NCBI GenBank assembly: GCA_910578995.1 | Contig: CAJTSY010000007.1 | Span: forward strand, 7,194-71,193 | DNA length: 64,000 nt | Reading direction: 5' to 3' | Source of the DNA: an uncultured Acetatifactor sp. | GTDB taxonomy: Bacteria; Bacillota; Clostridia; Lachnospirales; Lachnospiraceae | Shown: positions 55,226 through 64,000 of the stretch, in pieces | Layout of the letters: each line of letters opens with the position of its first letter | Position numbering within the stretch: position 1 is the stretch's first letter | Notes under the pieces: model-generated | What the model was told of the DNA's origin: nothing | Seen by the model: only the letters and a program-made list of their open reading frames with translations | Databases searched by the model: none | Position numbers and translations under genes: made by a program

Positions 55226-57139
55226 ATGACAGAACAGAGAACAAAGGTGTTTATTTCCGAGGCAGACCAGTATCTTTTTTCACAGGCGACCCATTACGAC
55301 ATTTATAAAAAACTGGGCGCCCATGTGTCTGAAGAGGAAGGAGTGGAGGGAATCTATTTTGGGGTATGGGCTCCAAATGCCAGGGCCGTACATGTAATCG
55401 GCAGCTTCAACAACTGGAACGAGGAAGAGTATCCCATGGAGAAACTGGGGCCTGTGGGTATCTGGGGACTGTTTATTCCCGGGGTGAAGACAGGGGAAAT
55501 GTACAAATTCCTCATCACGGCCGGGGACGGCAGAAAGCTTTACAAGGCGGATCCCTTTGCCAACTACGCGGAGTACAGACCGGGGACGGCTTCCATTATC
55601 ACAGACCTGGAGGGCTTTGAATGGAAGGATACTAAATGGATGGTATCCCGTGATGCGAAGAATGTATACAGGCAGCCCATGGCCATTTATGAATGCCATA
55701 TCGGCTCCTTTATGAAGCATCCCAACGGGAAGGAGGGCTTCTATACATACCGGGAATTTGCGGACAGGCTTGCGGAATACCTGAAGGAAATGAAATACAC
55801 CCACATTGAGCTGATGGGGGTCCTGGAACATCCCTATGACGGATCCTGGGGGTATCAGGTGACGGGATACTACGCCCCCACATCCAGATACGGCACTCCG
55901 AAGGACTTCATGTATCTGGTGGACAAAATGCACGGTATAGGCGTGGGCGTGATCCTGGACTGGGTGCCGGCCCACTTTGCTACGGATGCCCATGGCCTGG
56001 CGGAGTTTGACGGACAGTGCATCTTCGAGCATCCGGATCCCAGGCTGGGATCCCATCCCGACTGGGGGACCAAGATCTTTAATTACGCCAAACCGGAAGT
56101 GAAGAATTTCCTTATCGCAAACGTGCTGTTCTGGCTCCGGGAATTCCACATCGACGGGATCCGGGTGGATGCCGTGGCTTCCATGCTGTACCTGGATTAT
56201 GGCAAGCAGGCCGGCCAGTGGGTTCCCAATAAGTACGGCGGACACGAGAACCTGGAGGCCATTGAGTTCTTCAAGCACCTGAATTCCGTGGTCAGGGGCA
56301 CCTATCCGGGCTTTATCACCGTGGCCGAGGAGTCCACCGCATGGCCCAATGTATCCGGGGAGATCGGCGGGGAAGGCCTTGGGTTTACCTTTAAATGGAA
56401 TATGGGGTGGATGCATGATTTCTGCGAGTACATGAAGTTGGATCCCCTGTACAGAAAGGGAAGCCATAATACGCTGACCTTTGCCATGAGTTACAATCAT
56501 GCGGAAAAGTATATTCTGCCCCTGTCCCACGACGAGGTGGTGCATCTGAAATGCTCCATGGTGAACAAGATGCCCGGGTATCAGCTTGACAAGTATGCGA
56601 ACCTCAGGGTGGGTTACACCTACATGTTCGGCCACAGCGGCAAGAAACTGCTGTTCATGGGACAGGACTTCGGACAGGAAAGGGAATGGAGCGAGGAGCG
56701 GGAACTGGACTGGTTTCTGCTTGGCGAGAAAAACAACCAGGGTCTCCAGGCCTATGTGAAGGAACTGCTGAAGCTGTACCGCAAATATCCTGCCCTCTAT
56801 GAGATAGACGACAGTTGGGACGGCTTTGAATGGATGAATGCCAACGACGGGGAGAACAGTGTCTACTCCTTTGTGAGAAAGTCTTCCAAGGGCACCAACA
56901 GCCTTCTGTTTGTGCTGAACATGACGCCCATAAAGAGGGAGGCTTACAGAGTGCCCGTGCCCACCGTGTCCAAAAAGAAGAAATATAAGCTGCTGCTGAA
57001 CAGCGACGAGGAGAGGTTTGGCGGGTGGGGCAATGAGATCGAAAAGGAAATCCCGGTGGAAGCTGTACCCTGCCAGAACAGGGAATTTTCCATTTCCGTG
57101 GATCTGCCTCCCTACGGCGCGGCAGTGTTTCTCTTCTAA
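55226..57139 (+). CDS. glgB: 1,4-alpha-glucan branching enzyme
   Basis: GH13 motifs DWVPAHF, GIRVDAV, AEEST and LSHDEV. ATG 55226 lies 6 nt after GGTGGG. An alternative ATG at 55208 forms an ATGA overlap with the upstream stop. Confidence 0.95.
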   Translation: MTEQRTKVFISEADQYLFSQATHYDIYKKLGAHVSEEEGVEGIYFGVWAPNARAVHVIGSFNNWNEEEYPMEKLGPVGIWGLFIPGVKTGEMYKFLITAGDGRKLYKADPFANYAEYRPGTASIITDLEGFEWKDTKWMVSRDAKNVYRQPMAIYECHIGSFMKHPNGKEGFYTYREFADRLAEYLKEMKYTHIELMGVLEHPYDGSWGYQVTGYYAPTSRYGTPKDFMYLVDKMHGIGVGVILDWVPAHFATDAHGLAEFDGQCIFEHPDPRLGSHPDWGTKIFNYAKPEVKNFLIANVLFWLREFHIDGIRVDAVASMLYLDYGKQAGQWVPNKYGGHENLEAIEFFKHLNSVVRGTYPGFITVAEESTAWPNVSGEIGGEGLGFTFKWNMGWMHDFCEYMKLDPLYRKGSHNTLTFAMSYNHAEKYILPLSHDEVVHLKCSMVNKMPGYQLDKYANLRVGYTYMFGHSGKKLLFMGQDFGQEREWSEERELDWFLLGEKNNQGLQAYVKELLKLYRKYPALYEIDDSWDGFEWMNANDGENSVYSFVRKSSKGTNSLLFVLNMTPIKREAYRVPVPTVSKKKKYKLLLNSDEERFGGWGNEIEKEIPVEAVPCQNREFSISVDLPPYGAAVFLF

Positions 57140-57182
57140 TTCATCCTTTGTGGGTAAAGGTTTTTTCCATAATTACCGAAAT

Positions 57183-57220
57183 AAAAGGTGTGAGTACAAC
57201 AGGTGTGCTTGCACCTTTTT
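57183..57220 (+). terminator. Probable terminator of glgB
   Basis: aaaaggtg ... cacctttt outer stem with an inner aggtg/cacct hairpin, followed by T5. Confidence 0.55.
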
Positions 57221-57301
57221 ATCTTTAGAAAATCCGGAAAGTCTTTCCCCGGAGCCTGGAGGAGCAGGGGAAAGAGACGGAACTGGAACAGGAGAGCGAC
57301 T

Positions 57302-60300
57302 TTGAAGATTACATTTACAGAACAGGCGATCAAAGAAGCACAGAGACGGCAGAGGGAGAGAGTGCAGGGAGCCCAGGCCGACCACATTGTGTCGGCTACC
57401 CAGACCCCTTTCGCGGCATTCTTCGGGGGAGACGGCAGATCCGATCTTCCGGGGGCAGGCGGGGAAAGGGGAAAAAGCCTCATTGAACTTCAGCAGGAGG
57501 CGGCTGACATAGACGTTGGCGTCAACCGGGATTATATGACAGTCATGTCACATACTCTTTCCGATGAGGATTACGCCAGGATGCAGGAGGAGGGCTTTGA
57601 CTTCGGCAGCATGGATCCCCAGGAGGCCGTAACCATTTTGGATAAGATCAAGGCGGAACTGGCCAGAGCGGGGAAGGACATTGTGGGGTATACCGACGAC
57701 CTGGATGTGAAGACCCTGACGGCCGCCCTGGGAAGCCAGACACTGGCAAGGGCCGTGCTGGACGGCTTCCGCGAGGCGGATGTCCCCCTGACCAGGGAGA
57801 ATCTTGCGTCCGTGTCCAGGGCCTGGGCCATGGCGTCGGAACTGCAGCCTATGGCGGAGGGGAGCCGCAGTTACCTCATTGACAATGAACTGGAAAACGA
57901 GATATGGAGCCTGTATCTGGCCCAGAACAGCGGTGCGGGCAGGGGAAGCAGCGTTCCCCGCTTTTACGCGGAGGAGGTTCAGGGATATTACACCCGGAGC
58001 GCAGGCACGGAGCAGAGCGGTGAGATCCAGGGGCAGGTGGACAGGATCATCCGGCAGTCGGGAAGGGAAGTAAACGAGGACAGCCGGAGGAATGCGGCCT
58101 GGCTCCTTGACAGAGGCCTGCCCGTCACCGGGGATAACCTGAGACGTCTGGAGGAACTTCGGGAACTGGAGCTTCCCCTGACGGAAAAACGGTTCGGAGA
58201 GGCCGCTGCCGCTGCGGTGGCCCAGGGGAAAAACCCCATATATGCCTCCCTGAGCGGAAACGGGGAGAGCCTGTACGAGAAGGCGGCCGCCGTTTCGGAT
58301 TATTACCACAGCAATGCCTTGTGGGAGGCCAGCGTGGGGGACATCACTGCCAGACGGCAGCTGGAGGAGGTCAGGCTGCGCATGACGGCGGAGGTGAATG
58401 TGAAGCTGCTTAAGAGCGGATTTTCCATTGACACGGCCCCCATGGAGGAGCTCATCGAAGCCCTGAAACAGGCTGAATACGAACTGGCAGGCCAGTATTT
58501 CCCCAGGGATTCCATGGCCCTTGAAAAGTATCACAATTACCGGCAGGTCAGCAATGTGACAGGCCAGCTGCCGGGGCTGCCCGCGGACGTGCTTGGAATG
58601 TTTGCAAAGGGCCAGGGCGGCGCCTCCCTGGAAACCATTTACAATGAAGGCCGGGTGCTGCAGGACCAGTATGAAAAGGCACAGGCAAGCTATGAGAAAC
58701 TGATGACCGCTCCCAGAAACGACATGGGGGACAGCATTGAGAAGGCGTTTGCCAGCGTGGACCATATTCTGAAGGATCTGGGACTGGAGCTTACGGAGGA
58801 GAACCGCAGGGCGGTGAGAATCCTGGGTTACAACCAGATGGAAATGAACACGTCCAATGTTGAGGCAGTAAAGGATGCGGACAGACAGGTCCAGGGCGTG
58901 TTGGAGAAGCTGACGCCCGCGGCCACCCTGAAGATGATCAGGGACGGTTTCAATCCCCTGGAGAAGAGCTTCGGGGAACTGGAAAAGTATTTCAGGGAGC
59001 TGCCGCCCGAGTACAAGAAAGAGGCGGAGAGCTACAGCCGCTTTCTGTATGGACTGGAGCGGAATAACGAAATTACGCCGGAGGAGAGGGAAAGTTATAT
59101 CGGCATTTACCGCCTGGTGCGCCAGATTGAAAAGGCCGAGGGCGCTGCGGTGGGAGCCCTGGTGAACGCCCAGGCAGAGCTGCACTTTTCCAATCTGCTC
59201 TCCGCGCTGCAGAATAACAGGAGAAAGAGTGTGGATATCCGCGTGCCGGATGAACTGGGGGACATCCCCAAGCCGGCCCGGGGCGGGGAAAGCATCTCGG
59301 AACAGATATCCAGGGCATTTGTGAAAACCGTGGCCGATATCAGGGCGGCGGCAGAACCTGCGGCTGCCCCCGAACCTGGGAAGTCCGGGGACACTGCGGG
59401 GAACGGGCAGGACCGTCCCGGACAGGGGACGGCAGGCAGGGCTACAGGGATGTCAGGTTCGGCCTCAGGGGTGACAAGCGGAGCAACAGGCATGTCAGGT
59501 TCAACTGCCGGGACGACAGGCTTGGCTGCCGGAACGACAGGCTTGGCTGCGGAGGCGGCAGGGCCTGCGGAACCTGTGGCAGAAGCTTTTGTGAAGGCTG
59601 CCAACGACGTGCTGACGGAAGTGTCGCCTGATGAGAAGGCCACGAGGGAATATAACAGGACACAGTTGGAAGAGCAGCGGCAGGCGGTGAATGCCGCGGA
59701 CCAGGAAAGCATTACGGTACTGCAGAGGGGCGAGCTGCCTGCCAGCGCGGATAATCTGATGGCGGCACAGGCGCTTACCTACGGAACGGAAAACCTGTTT
59801 TCCTTTGGGGACAGACAGCGTTCCGCGGGGGTGAAGAAGTCTCCCGTGGACATCATGGCGCTGTTGGCCCGTAAGGCCAATCCGGATGGGGCCGCGGAGG
59901 AACCAAAGCAGGAAGAAGGCCCTGCGTCCGCCAGGCTGTGGCAGAAACTGGACAGTATGGAGGAATTTGTCTCCGATTACAGCCAGATGACCGAAGACTC
60001 CATGAAATCCGTGGAGGAGGCCACCTTTGCGGAGGCAGACAGCAGCATGGACGTGAAACAGATGCAGCTGAGCCACAAACAGCTTACCGTGGCGGCAGCC
60101 CTGGCAAAAAGGGAGGAGTATTATCTGCCCATGTATGTGGGTGACAGGCTTGCCAGGGTTCACCTTACCCTGGACAAGAGCAGCCAGGAGAAGGGAACCG
60201 TCACCATCGGCGTGACCCTTTCCGAGGAGGAGCATATGCAGGCCAGGCTCACACTGAACCAGGGGACCGTACATGGAATGCTTTTCGGTGAAGGCAGAGT

Positions 60301-60511
60301 AGAGGTAACGAAACTGCAGGAGATAGCCGATAATTTTAGAAAGGAAGCGGAGGGCAGCTGGAATGTAGGAAACCTTTCCACCATTGCCTCCGAGAAACGC
60401 ATGCCGGAGCTGATCCGGTCAGGGAAACACAACCCCACGGAAAGCGCGGAACTGTACCGCGTGGCAAAGGTATTTCTGGGAGCAATAGTCCGGCAGGGTG
60501 AAGCCGCCTAG
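57302..60511 (+). CDS. Large hypothetical protein (about 1070 aa) directly upstream of flagellin; the C-terminal region is weakly FliK-C-like
   Basis: The ORF opens at 57203 inside the glgB terminator. The best start is TTG 57302, 7 nt after AGGAG. Coding-like composition throughout. No catalytic motif recognised. Confidence 0.7.
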   Translation: MKITFTEQAIKEAQRRQRERVQGAQADHIVSATQTPFAAFFGGDGRSDLPGAGGERGKSLIELQQEAADIDVGVNRDYMTVMSHTLSDEDYARMQEEGFDFGSMDPQEAVTILDKIKAELARAGKDIVGYTDDLDVKTLTAALGSQTLARAVLDGFREADVPLTRENLASVSRAWAMASELQPMAEGSRSYLIDNELENEIWSLYLAQNSGAGRGSSVPRFYAEEVQGYYTRSAGTEQSGEIQGQVDRIIRQSGREVNEDSRRNAAWLLDRGLPVTGDNLRRLEELRELELPLTEKRFGEAAAAAVAQGKNPIYASLSGNGESLYEKAAAVSDYYHSNALWEASVGDITARRQLEEVRLRMTAEVNVKLLKSGFSIDTAPMEELIEALKQAEYELAGQYFPRDSMALEKYHNYRQVSNVTGQLPGLPADVLGMFAKGQGGASLETIYNEGRVLQDQYEKAQASYEKLMTAPRNDMGDSIEKAFASVDHILKDLGLELTEENRRAVRILGYNQMEMNTSNVEAVKDADRQVQGVLEKLTPAATLKMIRDGFNPLEKSFGELEKYFRELPPEYKKEAESYSRFLYGLERNNEITPEERESYIGIYRLVRQIEKAEGAAVGALVNAQAELHFSNLLSALQNNRRKSVDIRVPDELGDIPKPARGGESISEQISRAFVKTVADIRAAAEPAAAPEPGKSGDTAGNGQDRPGQGTAGRATGMSGSASGVTSGATGMSGSTAGTTGLAAGTTGLAAEAAGPAEPVAEAFVKAANDVLTEVSPDEKATREYNRTQLEEQRQAVNAADQESITVLQRGELPASADNLMAAQALTYGTENLFSFGDRQRSAGVKKSPVDIMALLARKANPDGAAEEPKQEEGPASARLWQKLDSMEEFVSDYSQMTEDSMKSVEEATFAEADSSMDVKQMQLSHKQLTVAAALAKREEYYLPMYVGDRLARVHLTLDKSSQEKGTVTIGVTLSEEEHMQARLTLNQGTVHGMLFGEGRVEVTKLQEIADNFRKEAEGSWNVGNLSTIASEKRMPELIRSGKHNPTESAELYRVAKVFLGAIVRQGEAA

Positions 60512-60642
60512 AAGACAGAACATGCTTGAAGTCGGCGTATGCTGAAAACCGGTATATGCTTAACAGCAGCATATGTAAAAAAACGGGCGTCCTCCGTTCC
60601 CTGCGGGAGAGGGACGTACGGCTGAAACAGGAGAGTGAAAAG

Positions 60643-61842
60643 ATGAGAATCAATTACAATGTATCCGCAATGCTGGCCAATAACAAACTGGCAAACAACG
60701 ACAATCTGCTGTCAAAATCCCTTGAGAGGCTGTCATCGGGCCTGAAGATCAACTCCGCCAAGGATAATCCGGCGGGACTGGCCATGGCCAAGAGGATGAA
60801 TGCACAGTTGGAGAGCCTTGAAGTGGCAACCCAGAGCGCCGGGGACGGCGTCTCCATTATTGAGACGGCGGACGGCGCCATGGCGGAGATTACCGAGATG
60901 CTGCAGAGGATGAATGAGCTGGCGGTAAAGTCTGCCAACGGCCCTTATTCTGAAAATGACAGAAAAGTCATACAGGACGAGGTGAAACAGCTTACAGAAG
61001 AAATCACCCGGGTGGCGGAAACCACGGAATTCAACGGACAGAAACTGTTGGACGGGACGTTTTCGCTGAAGGGTTATGTGAAGGGCAACCTGGATGTGAA
61101 AGTAAGCTCTTATTCCGAGGAGGTGACCGCCAAGATTTACACGGTCAATGAACTGGTTATCGAGGAAAATCCCATGCCAAAGGATGACAGCGACAGATAC
61201 CGGGTGAAGAGCGTGGAATTCAAGGACGGGGATTTCCCTGAAGGCGCCACTGCTTCCATGCGGGATAACATGCTGACCATCCAGGGTGTCAACGGATTTA
61301 AGATGACCCTGGATCTGTCCAAGGTGATTGCGGATGCCAACGGGACTTTCCCCATAGATGTCACCAAGGGAAAGGCAGAGCCCCTGGTGGTGGACGCAAC
61401 CGGAATCGGCCCCATGGTAGTGCAGGTGGGGGCCAATGAGGGACAGATACTGGAGATGGATATTCCGAGAGTCTCTCTCAGTGAGATGGGGCTGAACAAT
61501 TTTTATGTAAAAGAGGGGGATGACGGCCAGGGAGTATGGACACTGGATGTGAGTACGGAGGAGACGGCTACGGAAGCCATCAAGCGTATTGACGGAGCCC
61601 TGCAGTATGTGTCCGGGATCCGGGGCCGTCTGGGGGCATATCAGAACAGGCTGGAGTCCACCATCAACAGCCTGGACATTACCTCGGAGAACATGACGGC
61701 GGCATATTCCAGGATTATGGATGTGGATATGGCGGAGGAAATGACAAATTACACCACTTACCAGGTGATGACCCAGGCTGCCACGTCCATGCTGGCCCAG
61801 GCCAACGAGAGGCCTTCCCAGGTGCTGCAGCTGCTGCAGTAA
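60643..61842 (+). CDS. fliC: Flagellin
   Basis: N-terminus MRINYNVSAMLANNKL...LERLSSGLKINSAKDNPAGLA. C-terminus RIMDVDMAEEMTNYTTYQVMTQAATSMLAQANERPSQVLQLLQ. Confidence 0.95.
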   Translation: MRINYNVSAMLANNKLANNDNLLSKSLERLSSGLKINSAKDNPAGLAMAKRMNAQLESLEVATQSAGDGVSIIETADGAMAEITEMLQRMNELAVKSANGPYSENDRKVIQDEVKQLTEEITRVAETTEFNGQKLLDGTFSLKGYVKGNLDVKVSSYSEEVTAKIYTVNELVIEENPMPKDDSDRYRVKSVEFKDGDFPEGATASMRDNMLTIQGVNGFKMTLDLSKVIADANGTFPIDVTKGKAEPLVVDATGIGPMVVQVGANEGQILEMDIPRVSLSEMGLNNFYVKEGDDGQGVWTLDVSTEETATEAIKRIDGALQYVSGIRGRLGAYQNRLESTINSLDITSENMTAAYSRIMDVDMAEEMTNYTTYQVMTQAATSMLAQANERPSQVLQLLQ

Positions 61843-61844
61843 AC

Positions 61845-61873
61845 GGCAGGACTGGCTGCCCTTTCAAATTTTT
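61845..61873 (+). terminator. Probable terminator after fliC
   Basis: ggcag gactgg ctgcc, followed by ctttcaaattttt. Confidence 0.5.
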
Positions 61874-61911
61874 GATTGGTATATGCGCTGGAGCGCACAC
61901 GGGGTACAAGG

Positions 61912-62397
61912 ATGAAAAAAGAAGAGAAACAGCAGTTTACGCTGAGGATTACCCAGGCAAATCCCACGGAACTTGTGGTTATTTTGTATGAGATGCTTCT
62001 CTGCTACCTGGAGGACGCAGGGGAGGCGCTTGGGCAGGAGGGAGACAGTGAAGGGGGGCATTTCCGGGAAGCCGTCCGGAATGCCCGGGGCTGCCTCAAT
62101 GAGCTTCTGAATTCCCTGGATTACAAATATGAACCGGCGCCCACGCTGCACCGTCTCTATATGTTCTGCATCAGGCGGTTGGCAAGGGGCGAGCAGCGCC
62201 GGGACAATGCGGCACTGGATGAGATCAGGCGGGTGATCGTACCCCTGCATGATGCATATCAGAAGATTGCGGACCAGAACAGCGCAGGGCCGGTGATGAA
62301 TAATTCACAGACGGTTATTGCCGGCCTGACATACGGAAGGAATACATTAACCGAGAACCTGGCTGACCAGGGGCTGAACAGGGGCATACTTGCATAG
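61912..62397 (+). CDS. fliS: Flagellar export chaperone FliS
   Basis: ITQANPTELVVILYEMLLCYLEDA matches the FliS N-terminal helix pattern (TASP.eLv.mLYdG). Lies directly downstream of fliC. Confidence 0.8.
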   Translation: MKKEEKQQFTLRITQANPTELVVILYEMLLCYLEDAGEALGQEGDSEGGHFREAVRNARGCLNELLNSLDYKYEPAPTLHRLYMFCIRRLARGEQRRDNAALDEIRRVIVPLHDAYQKIADQNSAGPVMNNSQTVIAGLTYGRNTLTENLADQGLNRGILA

Positions 62398-62643
62398 GGA
62401 ATCTCCGTCCGGATAGTTTTCCGCGGCGGCAAGATCCGTCAGATGCTTGTATCTTTTTTGAAGTGAATAAATCTCATAAATGTAGCTGTCGATCATGTCG
62501 ATTTCCACAGCGTTGTCAAAACCCGCGTAGGCATCATTAAGGGCCTGCCGGGTTTTTTCGATGGAATCCTTTAAGGTCAGGGGAGCATAATCTTCCCCGG
62601 TCATGCTGTCAGTTCCGATTTTATGGCTGAAATACATTTTCAT
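62347..62643 (-). CDS. yaaL: DUF2508 (YaaL) family protein
   Basis: AAGGAG 7 nt before ATG 62643. LKDSIEKTRQALNDAYAGFDNAVEIDMIDSYIYEIYSLQKRYKHL is the YaaL pattern. Confidence 0.8.
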   Translation of the reverse strand: MKMYFSHKIGTDSMTGEDYAPLTLKDSIEKTRQALNDAYAGFDNAVEIDMIDSYIYEIYSLQKRYKHLTDLAAAENYPDGDSLCKYAPVQPLVSQVLG

Positions 62644-62826
62644 GCAAACGCTCCTTTCCAAATGGCGATACAGTTTCCGTTACAAGTATAGACGCACGGG
62701 TAGAAAAATATTCCAATTCTGGAAAAATTAGATAATAGGCATCTTTTCTTCACCGTGGACATATTTATGTTCCATAGGGAACAGGTACGGCGGTAAATCT
62801 GACGGGAAACAGACGGGGGTGCGGGG

Positions 62827-63021
62827 ATGGAGAAAATATTAAATGTGTTTATGAGATGTATTCTGGGAACCATCGCCATGTATTTTATCAACACGGCTTT
62901 GGAAAAAATGGGATTCACCCTTGGGGTAGGCATTAATGCAGTGACCGTTTTGACATCCGGAATCCTTGGATTTCCGGGGCTTCTGGCCCTTTATGCAATT
63001 GGATTTTATAAACTTTTGTAG
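62827..63021 (+). CDS. bofA: Pro-sigma-K processing inhibitor BofA family protein
   Basis: C-terminal GVGINAVTVLTSGILGFPGLLALYAI matches the BofA conserved segment (INLVTTAISGILGIPG). Confidence 0.8.
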   Translation: MEKILNVFMRCILGTIAMYFINTALEKMGFTLGVGINAVTVLTSGILGFPGLLALYAIGFYKLL

Positions 63022-63057
63022 ATTTTTGCCAAAATAATTTTTTTTGGTGTTTTCCTC

Positions 63058-63085
63058 TTGCAATTTGGGCGGGCAGTGGTATAAT
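63058..63085 (+). promoter_or_regulatory. Promoter (TTGCAA-N16-TGgTATAAT) ahead of the prepilin peptidase gene
   Basis: Read directly in the sequence. Confidence 0.55.
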
Positions 63086-63118
63086 GCATTTACAACATCA
63101 CAAATCAAGTGATTCAGT

Positions 63119-63685
63119 ATGATTCATGTACTTCGGGAGGCAGGTTTCGCCTCAGAGATCAGTTTATTTATTTTGAAAAAAGGAGATGGTTTGTTGGCGG
63201 TTTTGTGTGTAATTTTAGCCGCAGTCTGCTGCTATGACTACAGTGGCAGGAAGATTCCCAACCGTCTGGTTCTTCTGGCGGCGTTCTGGGGGGCGGGATG
63301 GCAGCTGTGGGGCAGAGGGCTGCCGGGCATGTTTTCCTGTCTGGGACAGATGAGCCTGGTGGCGGCATGTCTGTATCCTGTCTTTAAAATCGGCGGACTG
63401 GGTGCCGGGGATGTAAAACTGCTGGGGGTGACGGCAGGGTATCTTCCCTTTGAAAAGATTCTTCCATTCCTGTTCTGTTCCCTGCTTGCTGCGGCAATGG
63501 TTTCCCTGGTAAAAATGTGGAGGAAAAAAATGTTCCGGGAACGGATGCAATGTCTGTCGGGGTATATGCAGGAAGTGATGAGAAGCGGCAGCTGGCAGCT
63601 GTATCCCCGCACAGTGTCCTCGGGTGTCTGTCTGTCCGGACCGGTATTTGTCAGCCTGCTGCTTTATTTGGGAGGTGTGTATTGA
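63119..63685 (+). CDS. A24-family prepilin (Flp/Tad-type, CpaA-like) peptidase
   Basis: Polytopic membrane protein with CCYDYSGRKIPN and GLGAGDVKLLGV (the two catalytic Asp contexts). The true start may be TTG 63191/63194, 5-8 nt after AGGAG. Confidence 0.8.
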   Translation: MIHVLREAGFASEISLFILKKGDGLLAVLCVILAAVCCYDYSGRKIPNRLVLLAAFWGAGWQLWGRGLPGMFSCLGQMSLVAACLYPVFKIGGLGAGDVKLLGVTAGYLPFEKILPFLFCSLLAAAMVSLVKMWRKKMFRERMQCLSGYMQEVMRSGSWQLYPRTVSSGVCLSGPVFVSLLLYLGGVY

Positions 63686-64000
63686 AGGAAAAGGTCAGAA
63701 AGGTTATGTTATTGTGCGATGAGGAGGAAGAGTACGCCCATCTGCTGACAGAGTTCATGGAACAGCGGGGAAACCTTCCGTGGGAGGTGAGAACCTATAC
63801 AAATGTCAGGGACATGCTTTCCATGGAAAAGGAGGGGGTGGAGCTGTTGGTGGTGGCGGAATCCGTATACTGTCCTGATCTGCAGAAGCTATCCCCCGGG
63901 CGCCTGGTAGTGCTGAATGAAAGCGGCATCATGAAATGGCAGGATACCTTTTATGTGGACAAGTACCAGGAGGCGGAGGAGATACTGAGGCAGCTGCTGG
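63682..64000 (+). CDS. Partial CDS (3' end outside the window): receiver-like (CheY-fold-like) N-terminal domain protein, possibly a TadZ/CpaE-type pilus assembly component
   Basis: TTG 63682 overlaps the upstream stop (TTGA) and lies 6 nt after GGAGG. The frame stays open to the window end. The VMLLCDEEEEYAHLL...VELLVVAES pattern resembles a degenerate receiver. Confidence 0.5.
   Translation, partial: MKEKVRKVMLLCDEEEEYAHLLTEFMEQRGNLPWEVRTYTNVRDMLSMEKEGVELLVVAESVYCPDLQKLSPGRLVVLNESGIMKWQDTFYVDKYQEAEEILRQLL

Noticed and set aside
60512-60642. Sigma-28 (SigD/FliA) promoter upstream of fliC.
   Set aside because: The best candidate (TGAA ... ACCGGTAT around 60526-60556) matches TAAA-N15-GCCGATAA only partially and has the wrong spacing. 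That is not enough to report as a feature.
1-64000. Search for defence islands, toxin-antitoxin pairs, retrons/DGRs, prophage or integrative elements.
   Set aside because: I could not read any reverse transcriptase, integrase/recombinase, nuclease-helicase defence signatures, phage structural genes, tRNA-flanking direct repeats or sustained compositional shift. The two tRNAs are not adjacent to foreign-looking DNA.

Overview
A 64-kb stretch of a roughly 55-58% GC Firmicutes/Clostridia chromosome. Gene content suggests a Lachnospiraceae-like, spore-forming, flagellated anaerobe, but the taxon is inference. Nothing here was searched against a database: all family calls rest on motifs I could read in the supplied translations.

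The window is almost entirely core or housekeeping:
- Cell-envelope genes: 5'-nucleotidase, LCP, CapA, DD-carboxypeptidase, amidase, a SleC-like protein, and a DUF4358-MBOAT-DHHW module.
- mecA, T-box-controlled proS, trmB, trxA, ftsH and uvrC.
- The block hprK-glcK-murB-rapZ-whiA-(Crh-like HPr)-dagK-fba.
- ppiB, hflKC, rsmA, glgB, fliC-fliS, yaaL, bofA, and the start of a Tad-like pilus locus.
- Two stand-alone tRNAs: Ala-CGC and Pro-CGG.

I found no transposase, integrase, CRISPR array, prophage gene or recognisable defence gene.

The parts not explained by ordinary annotation are:
1. The 612-bp ORF-free fba/ppiB spacer. It consists of two convergent, paralogous promoter-to-hairpin units (candidate sRNA genes ending in a conserved AUCCUCC anti-SD-like tail) flanking a GC-rich core.
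2. An orphan consensus sigma-A promoter at 7762-7790. It drives about 265 nt of non-coding sequence into a 17-bp hairpin.
3. A 1147-aa protein with an N-terminal TPR region, a giant acidic repeat region, and a degenerate SpoVK/CbbX-like AAA domain (EccA-like layout).
4. A roughly 1070-aa orphan protein directly upstream of fliC.
5. A PAS-only sensor translationally coupled to a REC-GGDEF cyclase with no kinase.

Many envelope proteins here also carry in-frame tandem DNA repeats.
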